The position numbers and the translations under genes were made by a program. Source: Chloropicon primus (taxonomy: Eukaryota). Taken from it: 64,000 bases of DNA. How positions within the stretch are numbered: position 1 is the first letter of the stretch; the number at the start of each line of letters is the position of its first letter. Positions 1-10,978 of this stretch are shown piece by piece. Where the stretch lies: positions 434,001 to 498,000 of the forward strand of contig CP060767.1 in NCBI GenBank assembly GCA_023205875.1. The letters run 5' to 3'. The notes under the pieces were generated by a model that was not told the origin of the DNA, did no database searches, and saw only the letters and a list, made by a program, of their open reading frames with translations.

Positions 1-1
1 T

Positions 2-3000
2 TTGCCTCGGCTAAGTGTGATGCTGAGGCAGGCAGGGACGCCATACGGGGGGATTCATGACGCGGGGGGGCTAACGATGGCGAGGGCTGGGGACCTTCAA
101 GAGAGAAGGAGGAGCGCGCTGGCTTCCTCGACGAGTTCGACGCACCCCGCCTTCGGGGAGAGGGGGCTGGGTGGGAAAGGGAAAGGGAAAGCCAAGGCAG
201 TCTCCGGACTATGCGCCGCAAACTTGACTCAGGGTACGTCTTCATCATCAGGGTCATCGTCGCTGGCCGCAAAATTTGCAAATATTGGCGCTCACAAGGA
301 ATACCAAAGGTTCGTCAGCCGAGTCAGAGACGTGATCGACGCGGACTTCTCGCTCGAGGAGCTCCTAGCGGAAGCAGAACAAGTCTCGCAGGTCCTAGGA
401 AGTCTAAGCGACAGCGAATTACGAGACAGGGCGAACTTGCAGTCAGGACACCGGCACAGGACCCTGGAGCAAAGGTACGGAGAGTTTAGTCCCGGCAAGT
501 TTTATGATTTGTGTGAGAGCTTCTCTCATCTTCGTTCCAGGCACAGCGAGGGAAGGAGCAAGGGACATGGAGATTCGATTGCCCAGGGGGAGCAAGGTGG
601 CCAAGAACGAAAAGAATTCGGAGCAGAAATTTTGGACTTCGTTTTCCCCAGCAAGACGTATGCGTGCGTGAAGGGCGGCAAGGTACTCGCCACCTCCGTT
701 GCCTCGAAGCATGCGGTCACGAAGCCTGCAGACGAGTTCAGCGACATGACCCAGCAGCTAAAAGGCCTATTCGCAAGCTCGTCGGTGGAAGAAGGAGAAG
801 ACCGCAGGGCCAAAACAGAGCAGAAGTGGCTGAAACCGGTACAGGTGGAGAAGAAAGAGGAGGGAGGCAAGAAACAAGGGCAGGGGGGGGATAATGATCC
901 AAGCATGGATGACTGCATCGCTACCCTGCTGTGGTTCACGGACTTGTGCGCAAAGAGAGACTACCATTCGATGCTCGTCAACATCTACAGCATTGTCGTT
1001 GGAGGCAATGATGCGGCCCGTGTCGCTGCAGAGCTCTTTGAGCTGCTTGGGGACACATCCATAGAAATTATTTCGGAGCTTTCGCAACGCTTGGAGGACC
1101 TCAGGAAAAAGCTGAAAGTGGTTCTCCTGCATGCATATAGGAGAGACCAGGAGAGCAAGAAGGAACCCCGCGGGGATCACAGGCCTGGGAGCAAGTTCAG
1201 CATTGTTTCAGAGAGGGAGCAGGAGATAAAGAAATCGGCGTTGAAGGCCTCAAAAAAGAAGTCGAGCAATATTCAGTTGTCCGCCTTACTCTCGTGGCTG
1301 CAAGGGGTTGGGATTGATGGGTTGATCCAGATTGTGACAAGCAGCGAGGAAGCACGCGAGGAAGACGTGAAAGATCCTAATGAGTTCGATCTGGATGATT
1401 ACGTTGGAAAGGGGAAAGTGACCCTGAGATCGGGACTTCCTCCGAATGCTGTTCGGAAAAAATTTAAGAACCACGAAGAGGTCTTCGTTCCCGCTCAAAA
1501 GAACGACCCTGGGGCAAACGAGCCTAGGGTTCAAATCAGCGAGCTCGAAAAGTGGGCCCAGCTGGCCTTCAAAGGGTACAAGGAGCTGAACAGAATCCAG
1601 AGCAAGATTTTCCACACGGCCTACTTTTCCAATGAGAATTTGCTGGTTTGTGCGCCAACGGGTGCGGGAAAGACCAACATCGCGATGATTTCGGTGCTGC
1701 ACGAGGTCAAGAAGCACATGACGGGTGGAATGCTCGATGATTCTGACTTCAAGATCGTCTACATCGCCCCTATGAAGGCTTTGGCGGCAGAGGTGACAGC
1801 AACATTTTCAAAGCGGTTAGAACCTCTTGGAATTAATGTGAAAGAATGCACGGGAGACATTCAGCTGAGCAAGAGAGAGATGTCCAACACTCAGATGATT
1901 GTGACCACTCCAGAAAAGTGGGATGTGATCACTAGAAAGGGCGGCGACGTCAGTGCGGCAGCGGAAGTCAGGCTACTCATACTTGACGAGGTTCACTTGC
2001 TGAATGATGAGAGGGGAGCAGTCATTGAAACCCTGGTGGCAAGAACACAGAGACAGGTGGAAGTGTCTCAGAGCATGATTCGGATTGTTGGCTTGTCGGC
2101 AACGCTGCCTAGCTACAAGGACGTTGCTTCCTTCTTGGGGGTTAACGTCGAAACTGGGCTGTTCTATTTTGACCACACATACAGGCCTGTCCCATTGGAC
2201 ACCTTCTTTTTTGGTGTGAACGAGAACAACTTTGCAAAGAGGGAACACATCATGAATGAAATCGCTTTTGAGAAAGCAATTAAGTCAGTACAGGAGGGCT
2301 ACCAGGTCATGGTCTTTGTTCACTCGAGGAAAAAGACGGCTATGGGAGGAAGGGCGTTTGTTGAGCTAGCAGCGAAGAGTGGCTACCTGGACATATTTGA
2401 CGCAGATCTCAACCAGAGTCAGCAGAAAGAGCTTCAAAAGAGTAAGAACAAGGAGCTCAATGAGCTGGTTCCGAAAGCTATTGCCACCCATCATGCTGGG
2501 ATGCTCAGATCCGACAGAAATCTCGCAGAGAAGCTCTTTCGGGAGGGGAAGATTAAAGTGTTGTTCTGCACTGCAACGCTTGCTTGGGGTGTCAACCTGC
2601 CTGTGCACACTGTGATCATCAAGGGAACCCAGGTTTATGACGCAAATAAGGGTGGGTTCAATAATATAGGCATACTTGACGTGCTCCAGATCTTCGGTCG
2701 AGCTGGAAGACCCCAGTACGACAGCAGTGGAGAGGCGATGATAATCACGACAGATGACCAGCTGCACCATTACATCGGAGCAGTCACAAACCAAGTGCCA
2801 ATTGAGAGCAAGTTCGTTTCGGCAATGGTTGACAACCTGAATGCGGAGATAGTACTTGGAACTGTGACAAATATGAGGGAGGCCTGCATTTGGCTGTCAT
2901 ACACGTACTTGTTCACCAGAATGAAGAAAAATCCTTTGGCCTATGGAATCACTTGGAACGCAGTGAACCACGATCCGTCACTGAGTCTGCCTCGCAGAGA

Positions 3001-6000
3001 AATTGTGACCAATGCTGCAAGAACCTTGCACGAATGTAAGATGACGGTGTTTGATCAGAAGAGTGGCAACTTCTACATCACAGAGCTCGGCAGGATAGCT
3101 TCTTTGTACTACCTAAAGCACTCGAGTGTCTCTCTGTACAACGAAAAGCTCCACCCGCATATGTCAGAGGCCGATGTGATCGAGATGATCTCCCAAAGTG
3201 CGGAGTTCGAGAATATCAGTGTCAGAGAAGACGAGGTAGACGAGTTGAGCGACCTCATGACAGATGGGTGCCCCATCGATGTACGTGGGGGGCCAGAGAA
3301 CGCCCATGGCAAGATCAACATCTTGTTGCAGTGCTATGTATCGAGGACAAGGTTTCGTAGCTTTGCCCTGACCATGGATGCAGCCTATGTTGCCGACAAT
3401 GCTCCCAGAATATGCAGGGCTCTTTTTGAGCTCTGCTTGAAGAGAGGGTGGTGCTCCATGTCGGAATTGCTCTTGAACATCTGCAAGGCTCTGGAGCACC
3501 GGTGCTGGTCCTACGAACACTCGTTGAGGCAATTTTCAGAAATTCTGAAACCTGAGATCTTGTACAAGCTAGAGAAGAAGAATTTGACAGTCGGCAGGCT
3601 TAGGGATATGTCTCCGCAAGAAATCGGGTCCTTCCTCAGGCATTCATCAGCAGGCCACGTAGTCAAAAAGGCGATTGAAATGATACCACAGCTCGAGCTT
3701 GGGGTCAAACTACACCCCATTACACGATCTGTTCTCCAAATTAGTCTGACAATCGTCCCGCTCTTTCGCTGGGACAGCAGGCTACACCATGGGACGTTGA
3801 AGTGGTGGGTTTGGGTGGAGGACCAGAGCAACGAACATATTTATCATAGTGAGGTGTGGATGATGACAAGGAAAATCTGCGAGGAAGGCTCTCACACGGT
3901 GTCGTTTACGATTCCTATTTTTGAGCCGCTCCCTCCGCAATACTATATTCGTGTGATATCAGACGAATGGATTGGCTCGGAGGCCTTCCTGGAAATGTCT
4001 TTCAGGAATTTAATCCTTCCCGAGAGGCACCCAGCGCATACCCAGCTTCTTGATCTCGATCCTCTGCCGCTTGGAGCCCTGCAGAAGCCGTCGTACGAAA
4101 GCCTGTACGAAACCAAATTCACTCACTTCAACCCAATACAAACCCAAGTTTTCCACACGCTTTACCACACGGACAAGAACGTCCTCTTGGGAGCGCCCAC
4201 TGGAAGTGGAAAGACGATCTGCTCTGAGCTTGCTATATTCAGGGCATTCAATGAGCACCCGGGGAAAAAAATCGTTTACATTGCCCCTCTGAAAGCCCTG
4301 GTAAAGGAGAGGGTGAAGGATTGGAGAAATGGATTGTGTAAGAAACTGGGCAAGAAGCTCGTGGAGCTGACTGGCGACTTCACGCCAGATTTGCAATCCT
4401 TGCTTGCAACTGATTTGATTGTTTCAACGCCCGAGAAGTGGGATGGAGTTTCGAGATCGTGGAGCAGCCGCGCTTACGTGAAGAGTGTCTGCTTGGTTGT
4501 GTTTGATGAGATCCATCTCCTTGGAGGGGACAGAGGCCCCATCATCGAAGTCATTGTCAGTAGAATGAGGTACATCGCTCAAGAGACTTTGCAGACGGTA
4601 AGACTGGTTGGACTTTCCACCGCTTTGGCAAACGCGAGGGACCTTGCAGACTGGATGGGAATTCCAAAAGATAACCAAGGCCATGGTGAGGGGCTGTTCA
4701 ACTTCCGCCCCTCAGTGAGGCCTGTTCCACTTGAGTGTCACATCCAAGGCTATTCGAGCAAGTTCTATTGCCCGAGAATGGCAACGATGAACAAGCCGGC
4801 GTACGCTGCCATCCAAACGCATTCCCTTGGCAAGCCTGTCCTTGTCTTTGTCTCTTCGAGGAGGCAGACAAGGATTACGGCGAATGACATCATTACCCAC
4901 GCAGTTGCGGACGAGAAGCCCAAGCAGATGCTGAATATGCAGGATTTTGAATTGGAGGATGTCTTAGAGGATATCCACGACAGCGCGTTACGACACACGC
5001 TGCAGTTCGGAATCGGGCTGCACCACGCTGGCTTGTCTCAGAGAGACAGGGAAATCGTTGAAGAGCTTTATGTCACCTGCAAAATTCAGGTGTTAGTCTG
5101 CACATCAACTCTAGCGTGGGGAATGAACTTCCCCACCCATCTTGTGATCATCAAGGGAACAGAGTATTTTGATGCAAAGGAGAAGAGATATGTGGACTTC
5201 CCTATCACGGACGTTCTCCAAATGATGGGAAGAGCGGGAAGGCCGCAGTTCGACAAGAGCGGAGTCGCTGTGATTATGGTTCATGAGCCCAAGAAATCCT
5301 TCTACAAGAAGTTTTTGTATGAGCCCTTCCCCGTCGAGTCCTCCCTCGCGGATGTTCTCCAAGATCATGTCAATGCGGAGATTGCCTCGGGAACTGTCTC
5401 GAACAAGCAGGATGTGATGGAGTACTTGACGTGGACTTATTTTTTCAGGCGGATCATGCAAAACCCTACTTACTATGGATTGGAAAGCATGGAGGAAGAG
5501 GACGTGACAGAATTCTTGTCTGACCTCATAGAAGATACCCTGGAGGATCTCGAGGACTCTGGATGCATTTCAATCTTAAACTGCGGAAATGAGACAGAAA
5601 TTGAGTCCCTTCTCTTGGGCAAGGTTTCTTCCTTTTACTACTTGAGCTACAAAACAGCAGCTCTATTTGGTGAGAAGATTCACGAGAAGATGTCTCTGCA
5701 GGAAACCTTTGAGGTTCTGTGTGCTGCTTGCGAGTACGACGAGATGCCAGTTCGGCACAATGAAGACCTCCTCAATGCTGAGCTAGCTGAACAGGTCATG
5801 GGAGCGGGAGGCTGGGAAGTCAACGTTGAAGATTCGGATGACCCCCATTTCAAGGTGAATGTGATGTTTCAGGCCTATTTCAGCAGGCTGCCTCTTCCTG
5901 TGAGTGATTACGCTTTGGATACAAAGAGTGCACTCGACCAAAGCATTAGAATCATACAGGCAATGATCGACGTAGCGACTGAAAAAGGATGGCTCACGCC

Positions 6001-6547
6001 AGTCCTAAACTGCATCTTGCTCCTTCAGATGCTCAGCCAGGGGGCATGGTACACCCAACCAGCGACAATGACGTTGCCCTTTGTCAGCAACAAGATGGCA
6101 AAGAAGTTGCCCACGTTGCCAAAGCTTGTGTGGTACTCCCGGGATTTCAAGAGGGCCCTTGGAACCATCAGAAAGTGTGGGCTCCCTGAGAAAAGGGCCG
6201 CTGCGGTGACAAAAATATGCTCCTCCCTGCCCTTGCTGGACGTGAAAATAAGTAAGAAAGATGGGAAATCAGGTTCCTTGGCCGTGGAGCTTTGCAAGGA
6301 CAACTTCAAGAAGGGCAGCAATGCATATGCACCACGATTTCCAAAAGTGAAGCAGGAAGGCTGGTATGTGGTTTTGGCGGCAGAAGAGACAAACAAGATA
6401 CACGAGCTAAAAAGAGTGTCCTTCCACAACAGAGGGCGGGTGATGGTCAATCTCAACAATTCTTCAGTCGATGGTACCGCCGGGAAAACGAAGCTACTGG
6501 TATGCTCTGACACATATCTTGGCTTAGATCAGGAGTTAAGTATTTAG
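2..6547 (+). CDS. ASCC3: ASCC3/Slh1-type Ski2-like helicase with two DExH + Sec63 cassettes (5' end probably just outside the window)
   Basis: Intronless 2181-aa ORF. Two Walker A motifs (APTGAGKT, APTGSGKT), DEVH and DEIH boxes, GRAGRPQ motif VI twice. The N-terminal LPRL and FYCPRM segments fit ASCC3 rather than Brr2. Confidence 0.93.
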   Translation: MPRLSVMLRQAGTPYGGIHDAGGLTMARAGDLQERRRSALASSTSSTHPAFGERGLGGKGKGKAKAVSGLCAANLTQGTSSSSGSSSLAAKFANIGAHKEYQRFVSRVRDVIDADFSLEELLAEAEQVSQVLGSLSDSELRDRANLQSGHRHRTLEQRYGEFSPGKFYDLCESFSHLRSRHSEGRSKGHGDSIAQGEQGGQERKEFGAEILDFVFPSKTYACVKGGKVLATSVASKHAVTKPADEFSDMTQQLKGLFASSSVEEGEDRRAKTEQKWLKPVQVEKKEEGGKKQGQGGDNDPSMDDCIATLLWFTDLCAKRDYHSMLVNIYSIVVGGNDAARVAAELFELLGDTSIEIISELSQRLEDLRKKLKVVLLHAYRRDQESKKEPRGDHRPGSKFSIVSEREQEIKKSALKASKKKSSNIQLSALLSWLQGVGIDGLIQIVTSSEEAREEDVKDPNEFDLDDYVGKGKVTLRSGLPPNAVRKKFKNHEEVFVPAQKNDPGANEPRVQISELEKWAQLAFKGYKELNRIQSKIFHTAYFSNENLLVCAPTGAGKTNIAMISVLHEVKKHMTGGMLDDSDFKIVYIAPMKALAAEVTATFSKRLEPLGINVKECTGDIQLSKREMSNTQMIVTTPEKWDVITRKGGDVSAAAEVRLLILDEVHLLNDERGAVIETLVARTQRQVEVSQSMIRIVGLSATLPSYKDVASFLGVNVETGLFYFDHTYRPVPLDTFFFGVNENNFAKREHIMNEIAFEKAIKSVQEGYQVMVFVHSRKKTAMGGRAFVELAAKSGYLDIFDADLNQSQQKELQKSKNKELNELVPKAIATHHAGMLRSDRNLAEKLFREGKIKVLFCTATLAWGVNLPVHTVIIKGTQVYDANKGGFNNIGILDVLQIFGRAGRPQYDSSGEAMIITTDDQLHHYIGAVTNQVPIESKFVSAMVDNLNAEIVLGTVTNMREACIWLSYTYLFTRMKKNPLAYGITWNAVNHDPSLSLPRREIVTNAARTLHECKMTVFDQKSGNFYITELGRIASLYYLKHSSVSLYNEKLHPHMSEADVIEMISQSAEFENISVREDEVDELSDLMTDGCPIDVRGGPENAHGKINILLQCYVSRTRFRSFALTMDAAYVADNAPRICRALFELCLKRGWCSMSELLLNICKALEHRCWSYEHSLRQFSEILKPEILYKLEKKNLTVGRLRDMSPQEIGSFLRHSSAGHVVKKAIEMIPQLELGVKLHPITRSVLQISLTIVPLFRWDSRLHHGTLKWWVWVEDQSNEHIYHSEVWMMTRKICEEGSHTVSFTIPIFEPLPPQYYIRVISDEWIGSEAFLEMSFRNLILPERHPAHTQLLDLDPLPLGALQKPSYESLYETKFTHFNPIQTQVFHTLYHTDKNVLLGAPTGSGKTICSELAIFRAFNEHPGKKIVYIAPLKALVKERVKDWRNGLCKKLGKKLVELTGDFTPDLQSLLATDLIVSTPEKWDGVSRSWSSRAYVKSVCLVVFDEIHLLGGDRGPIIEVIVSRMRYIAQETLQTVRLVGLSTALANARDLADWMGIPKDNQGHGEGLFNFRPSVRPVPLECHIQGYSSKFYCPRMATMNKPAYAAIQTHSLGKPVLVFVSSRRQTRITANDIITHAVADEKPKQMLNMQDFELEDVLEDIHDSALRHTLQFGIGLHHAGLSQRDREIVEELYVTCKIQVLVCTSTLAWGMNFPTHLVIIKGTEYFDAKEKRYVDFPITDVLQMMGRAGRPQFDKSGVAVIMVHEPKKSFYKKFLYEPFPVESSLADVLQDHVNAEIASGTVSNKQDVMEYLTWTYFFRRIMQNPTYYGLESMEEEDVTEFLSDLIEDTLEDLEDSGCISILNCGNETEIESLLLGKVSSFYYLSYKTAALFGEKIHEKMSLQETFEVLCAACEYDEMPVRHNEDLLNAELAEQVMGAGGWEVNVEDSDDPHFKVNVMFQAYFSRLPLPVSDYALDTKSALDQSIRIIQAMIDVATEKGWLTPVLNCILLLQMLSQGAWYTQPATMTLPFVSNKMAKKLPTLPKLVWYSRDFKRALGTIRKCGLPEKRAAAVTKICSSLPLLDVKISKKDGKSGSLAVELCKDNFKKGSNAYAPRFPKVKQEGWYVVLAAEETNKIHELKRVSFHNRGRVMVNLNNSSVDGTAGKTKLLVCSDTYLGLDQELSI

Positions 6548-6594
6548 TTCAATCATTTAAGCTAGACTTCTGGTCCGCTACGTCTTTCATATTT

Positions 6595-7899
6595 TCAAAG
6601 TTGTACCTCTTTGAAGAAATTGTCATAAAACCTGAGTCCATCTGGCCCATCGTCCCTGCACAGCATCTGGTTGCCCTCTGCCATGAAGAGATATTCCCTG
6701 GCCAAGATGAAAGGGATGTCTAAGCCAGCCGCCACATCATCAGGACCTATGCCAACAATATTCCCGCCAGGGCCCCTTGTCATGCCCTGCAACTTTTCGT
6801 ACAAAGCCTCGTCCGAGTGCTCTGAACTCTGAATGGCAAGAGTACCGCTTTCGAACTCCCGAAGATGCATGTTGATGCCCATCCTTGGAAAAAGGTTTGC
6901 AGCCTCGATCAAATCCTCTGGAGACACGAGCTCAATCCCCCGTGCTCTATTAAATATACAGTAAACATCGACAAGGGCTATCGCGCCATGAGATTTTTTC
7001 AGGGGTGCCGTAAGGAAGTCGGCAAGCTGCTGCGCCAGCTGCTGATGGAACATGCTACCAGCCGTGGATTTTGTTACTGGACTGGTGATTCCCAAGGAAA
7101 GGAGAAACTTTTCTATCCCTTTGTCCTCCTTGTCCGTATCATCTGCTTTCCGTGTGTTCTCTTGCAAAGCCTCCTTCAGCTTGCTTGAGAGGCCGACCAT
7201 CTCCCTGGCTTTATCCATGAGGGCAGATAAATCTTTGAATGCCACGTCGATACTTTTGTCTGCCTTCAAGTTGTCTTCTCTTTGCTTTCTCATGATTCCG
7301 CCGATCCCTGCAGCGCTGGCGCCTACCTGTGTGGTTGGGCCACCCCCTCTGCCCCTCACGCTCTCGTAGCTCTCGCCAACTGTCATCTCCTTCGTCATTT
7401 GTTCTTTCCTCCACTCTTCTCGCGCCAAAGCAAGTTTCAGATTCTTTTCAAAAGTATCATAGGAACCCGAGGCACCCCGGAACGCAAGCGAAAGAGTGTC
7501 CAGCTCCAAAAGAGCCTTTCCAGAACTTGCTGCCTTCGCTTCGGCAGCGCTTGCAACCTTTCCGGAATCAGACCTCCATACCTTGAGAAAGAACCTTGGA
7601 GTTTTCTTGAAGAAAGAGTTGACCCCCTTATAGTCCTTGAGTGCCGAAAGCGGCAGGCTGGAGTTCCTGGAGACCTCACCGCCTTCGCCGCCGCTTCCAG
7701 TCCCGCCCTCCGGCTTCAACCAGAGCAGTCTGTGCGATGTTACAGCAATGCTTCCATCCTTCCACTTCTCCTCCTTTCCTCCACTGTCACCAAACTCCAG
7801 GTCAGTCCGCTGTATCCAGCAAAGTTCTATCTCACTCTTCAGCAACCGAGGCCTGTTTGAGGTGCTCAGAACGAGCTCCTCGAGTACTAAGTTCGACAT
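6595..7899 (-). CDS. VPS36: ESCRT-II subunit Vps36 (GLUE + EAP30 winged-helix)
   Basis: VTSHRLLW (GLUE), AFKDLSALMDKAREMV, YCIFNRARGIELVSPED, LCRDDGPDGLRFYDNFF. Start placed at the ATG at 7899 (MSNLVLEEL). Confidence 0.93.
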   Translation of the reverse strand: MSNLVLEELVLSTSNRPRLLKSEIELCWIQRTDLEFGDSGGKEEKWKDGSIAVTSHRLLWLKPEGGTGSGGEGGEVSRNSSLPLSALKDYKGVNSFFKKTPRFFLKVWRSDSGKVASAAEAKAASSGKALLELDTLSLAFRGASGSYDTFEKNLKLALAREEWRKEQMTKEMTVGESYESVRGRGGGPTTQVGASAAGIGGIMRKQREDNLKADKSIDVAFKDLSALMDKAREMVGLSSKLKEALQENTRKADDTDKEDKGIEKFLLSLGITSPVTKSTAGSMFHQQLAQQLADFLTAPLKKSHGAIALVDVYCIFNRARGIELVSPEDLIEAANLFPRMGINMHLREFESGTLAIQSSEHSDEALYEKLQGMTRGPGGNIVGIGPDDVAAGLDIPFILAREYLFMAEGNQMLCRDDGPDGLRFYDNFFKEVQL

Positions 7900-8876
7900 G
7901 GGATGCGAAACCACGCAACGAGGAAGAAAGACGATGGGCACCAAATGAAACCAAGTACCCTCACGAGGAACGAAAACAGACCTCGCTCGAGCTGGAGAAT
8001 GAAGAACGGAGAACACTTTCCACAAACCACTCTCCCACTCTCCCTTCCTTCTCTCGCTCGCTCGCTCGCACGTTTCTCCTCAAGGGATGCACTGCTTCTA
8101 TCCTGTCGGCACCTCAACCAGGTCTGCTCTTCGATCGTTGAGCGTTGTATTCATCCAAAGTATTGCCTTGAACTCCTCTTCTGCCTTGATGACTCACCGC
8201 TGACTCATCGATGACTTATCTAGCTGCCAGAGGAAGACAAGGAGTTCGCGTTTTAGTATCTAAAAAACTCTCCCGTGTTTCATTCTTTTCAAGTAAACAG
8301 TCAAACGAAAGATCTAGCAATAAGGAATTTATGAGTTCCCCTTTCACGCGCTCTTCGTTTCCTTGATGACCCCTATCTTCCTCGCTACCTCCCTGTTCCC
8401 TCGACAGAGACGACCCAACCCCACGAACCCCTTGATCTCTTGCTTCGGAGGATTTCAGCAACGCACGTCATAAACCAAATCAAAAACCGACAGAAAAGTC
8501 GACTTTGCAGTCTGTCGTTGCGTCCATCCATGAAATGAGACACGCACCATCATTATAATATAATATGACAAAAATCCAAAGTCTCTCTCTTTGTCCCCAG
8601 CATCCTGCGCCACGCCCGTCGCTCGTTGGGGATTCCCTCTGACCGCGTCGACCAGCCAATCATGTCGACCCAGACGAACAGTCCATATTTCTTGGCTCGG
8701 GCTTCCTCACATCTCTTGCCTGTGCCACGAGATGCGATGCGAAGAAGAGATCAGGGTTCGCTTGGGTGACTGGGGATTGAGACGAGTGTTGAAGAAGAGG
8801 AAGAAGAAGCCATCAAGTGGTGGTGGTTTGACTTTATATTATAAATGGCACGAAAGCTGATCACGAAAGAATGAGC

Positions 8877-9506
8877 TTACTGCATGGCCTCAGCGGCGGC
8901 CTCCTTGACCTCCTCGGCGGCGGTTCCCCAGCCGATGGCGGACATCAACTGCCCAAGAGCCCACTTGGCCCAGCCCCATCCCTTCTTGGCGGCGTTGATG
9001 AGAGACTTGATCCACTTCTTGTTCAAGTTTCTGGACTCAACCTCCTCGACGGCCTCAAGTCCCAAGATGGCGGCGAAGGTCTCGTCGGTGACGGTCAACT
9101 CAACATCACCAGACTCGACGGAGACGATGGCACCGTCACCCATGATGGTGGTGGTTCTTCCCTCGGTAACGACGGCGTTGACACCCATGACAGCGGTCTT
9201 GTCGCCCAAGTTCAAGGAGACGTCCTTGCAGAGGAAGGATCCAGAGCAAGAGGCCAAGTTAGAGGTTGGGCTGACGGTGGTGGTCAAGACAGCCTGTCCG
9301 TTCTTGGTGGAGAGGGTTCCGTTGGAAACCTTAACCTCCTTGGAGACCTCGTTGGCGAGGATGGTGACTCCGAAGACGGCGGCCAAGCAGGCAACGGTCA
9401 AGACGGAACCGACGACGACGGCGGCCTTCATGCTCTTGACAGAGCCCTCGACGTTGGACAACTGTCCCTTGAGGCTGGACATGGTGGATCTTCTCTCGGA
9501 CTCCAT
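8877..9506 (-). CDS. Putative membrane-targeted precursor protein A1 with a cationic amphipathic C-terminal peptide
   Basis: 209-aa ORF with strong codon bias and a hydrophobic segment (AAVVVGSVLTVACLAAVFGVTILA). Ends in EEVESRNL followed by NKKWIKSLINAAKKGWGWAKWALGQ. Upstream TATA-like element near 9602-9610. Confidence 0.85.
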   Translation of the reverse strand: MESERRSTMSSLKGQLSNVEGSVKSMKAAVVVGSVLTVACLAAVFGVTILANEVSKEVKVSNGTLSTKNGQAVLTTTVSPTSNLASCSGSFLCKDVSLNLGDKTAVMGVNAVVTEGRTTTIMGDGAIVSVESGDVELTVTDETFAAILGLEAVEEVESRNLNKKWIKSLINAAKKGWGWAKWALGQLMSAIGWGTAAEEVKEAAAEAMQ

Positions 9507-9980
9507 TATGATGTTTTGGGTAGGTTTGTTAAGTATTTGTTATTTCGTGTTTGTACGAGAACGTGTTCGTAAAAGTGAGACGATTGCAGGAGCAGGCCCG
9601 GTATATATATGTATCTGGACTGCGAGGGCCGGGGTCCTTTTTATTTCTGGGCAGTTTGATGTGATTTATGATGTTCATTTTTAAGGGGGTAATCGGTAGG
9701 TTGATGGAATATCTTGTTCATTTTTTTCTTTTTGTACGGAAACTGTACTACATTCGGTCGTGGATTTTGCGAGAAAAGGATGACATTTTGCGTCGTTTCG
9801 AGTTATACAATATCATCAGACTACCGATCCAGAAAATATTGAAATACCTCACATCAAACTGCCCAGAAGAATGAAAAGGAGCGTTTTCCAGGGATATATA
9901 CCGGGTCTGCTCCTGCAATCGTCTCACTTTACGAACACGTTCTCGTACAAACACGAAATAACAAATACTTAACAATCATA
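9507..9980. promoter_or_regulatory. Bidirectional promoter made of inverted-repeat arms with mirrored TATA-like boxes (repeated at 11609-12084)
   Basis: ~9526-9609 is the near reverse complement of ~9894-9975, and TTCTGGGCAGTTTGATGTGA (9645) of TCACATCAAACTGCCCAGAA (9849). TATATA lies on each arm 80-100 bp from each ATG; AT-rich core. Confidence 0.7.
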
Positions 9981-10598
9981 ATGGAGTCCGAGAGAAGATC
10001 CACCATGTCCAGCCTCAAGGGACAGTTGTCCAACGTCGAGGGCTCTGTCAAGAGCATGAAGGCCGCCGTCGTCGTCGGTTCCGTCTTGACCGTTGCCTGC
10101 TTGGCCGCCGTCTTCGGAGTCACCATCCTCGCCAACGAGGTCTCCAAGGAGGTTAAGGTTTCCAACGGAACCCTCACCGCCAAGAACGGACAGGCTGTCT
10201 TGACCACCACCATCAGGCAGACCAACAAGGTGACTGACAACGCTGTCTTCACCACCCTCAACGCCGGCTCTATCACCGCCACCATGAAGATCAACGCCAA
10301 GGTCTACCAGGACGACGCCGTCACTCTCATCTGCGACGATGCCTTCGTTCTCTCCAGCGGAAAGAACACTGAGTTCCTCTTCAAGAAGGACTCCATCTTG
10401 GCCAGCGTTGTCGGTGCCGAGGAGGTTGAGTCCAGAAACCTTTCTGCTGCTCCTCTTGTCTGGGCCATCATCAGAGGTGTTGGCTGGGCTGCCAAAGCTT
10501 GCTGGAGGTCCACCGCGTGCAGAGGTGCCATCTACGAGGCCGCCAGACAGATGGGTGCCTGGGTTCTCGATCAGCTCCCCGATCCACCACAGATGTAA
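9981..10598 (+). CDS. Putative precursor protein B1, paralogue of A, with a Trp/Cys-containing amphipathic C-terminal peptide
   Basis: 205-aa ORF; first ~77 aa near-identical to A. Ends in EEVESRNL followed by SAAPLVWAIIRGVGWAAKACWRSTACRG. Confidence 0.85.
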   Translation: MESERRSTMSSLKGQLSNVEGSVKSMKAAVVVGSVLTVACLAAVFGVTILANEVSKEVKVSNGTLTAKNGQAVLTTTIRQTNKVTDNAVFTTLNAGSITATMKINAKVYQDDAVTLICDDAFVLSSGKNTEFLFKKDSILASVVGAEEVESRNLSAAPLVWAIIRGVGWAAKACWRSTACRGAIYEAARQMGAWVLDQLPDPPQM

Positions 10599-10978
10599 AT
10601 TCGACTTTGCAGTCTGTCGTTGCGTCCATCCATGAAATGAGACACGCACCATCGTTATAATATAATATGACAAAAATCCAAAGTCTCTCTCTTTGTCCCC
10701 AGCATCCTGCGCCACGCCCGTCGCTCGTTGGGGATTCCCTCTGACCGCGTCGACCAGCCAATCATGTCGACCCAGACGAACAGTCCATATTTCTTGGCTC
10801 GGGCTTCCTCACATCTCTTGCCTGTGCCACGAGATGCGATGCGAAGAAGAGATCAGGGTTCGCTTGGGTGACTGGGGATTGAGACGAGTGTTGAAGAAGA
10901 GGAAGAAGAAGCCATCAAGTGGTGGTGGTTTGACTTTATATTATAAATGGCACGAAAGCTGATCACGAAAGAATGAGC

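Noticed and set aside
8872..8882. GTAAG overlapping the stop codon of gene A as a splice donor
   Set aside because: No supportable downstream exon, and the A and B ORFs end at similar lengths; treated as a plain TAA stop.
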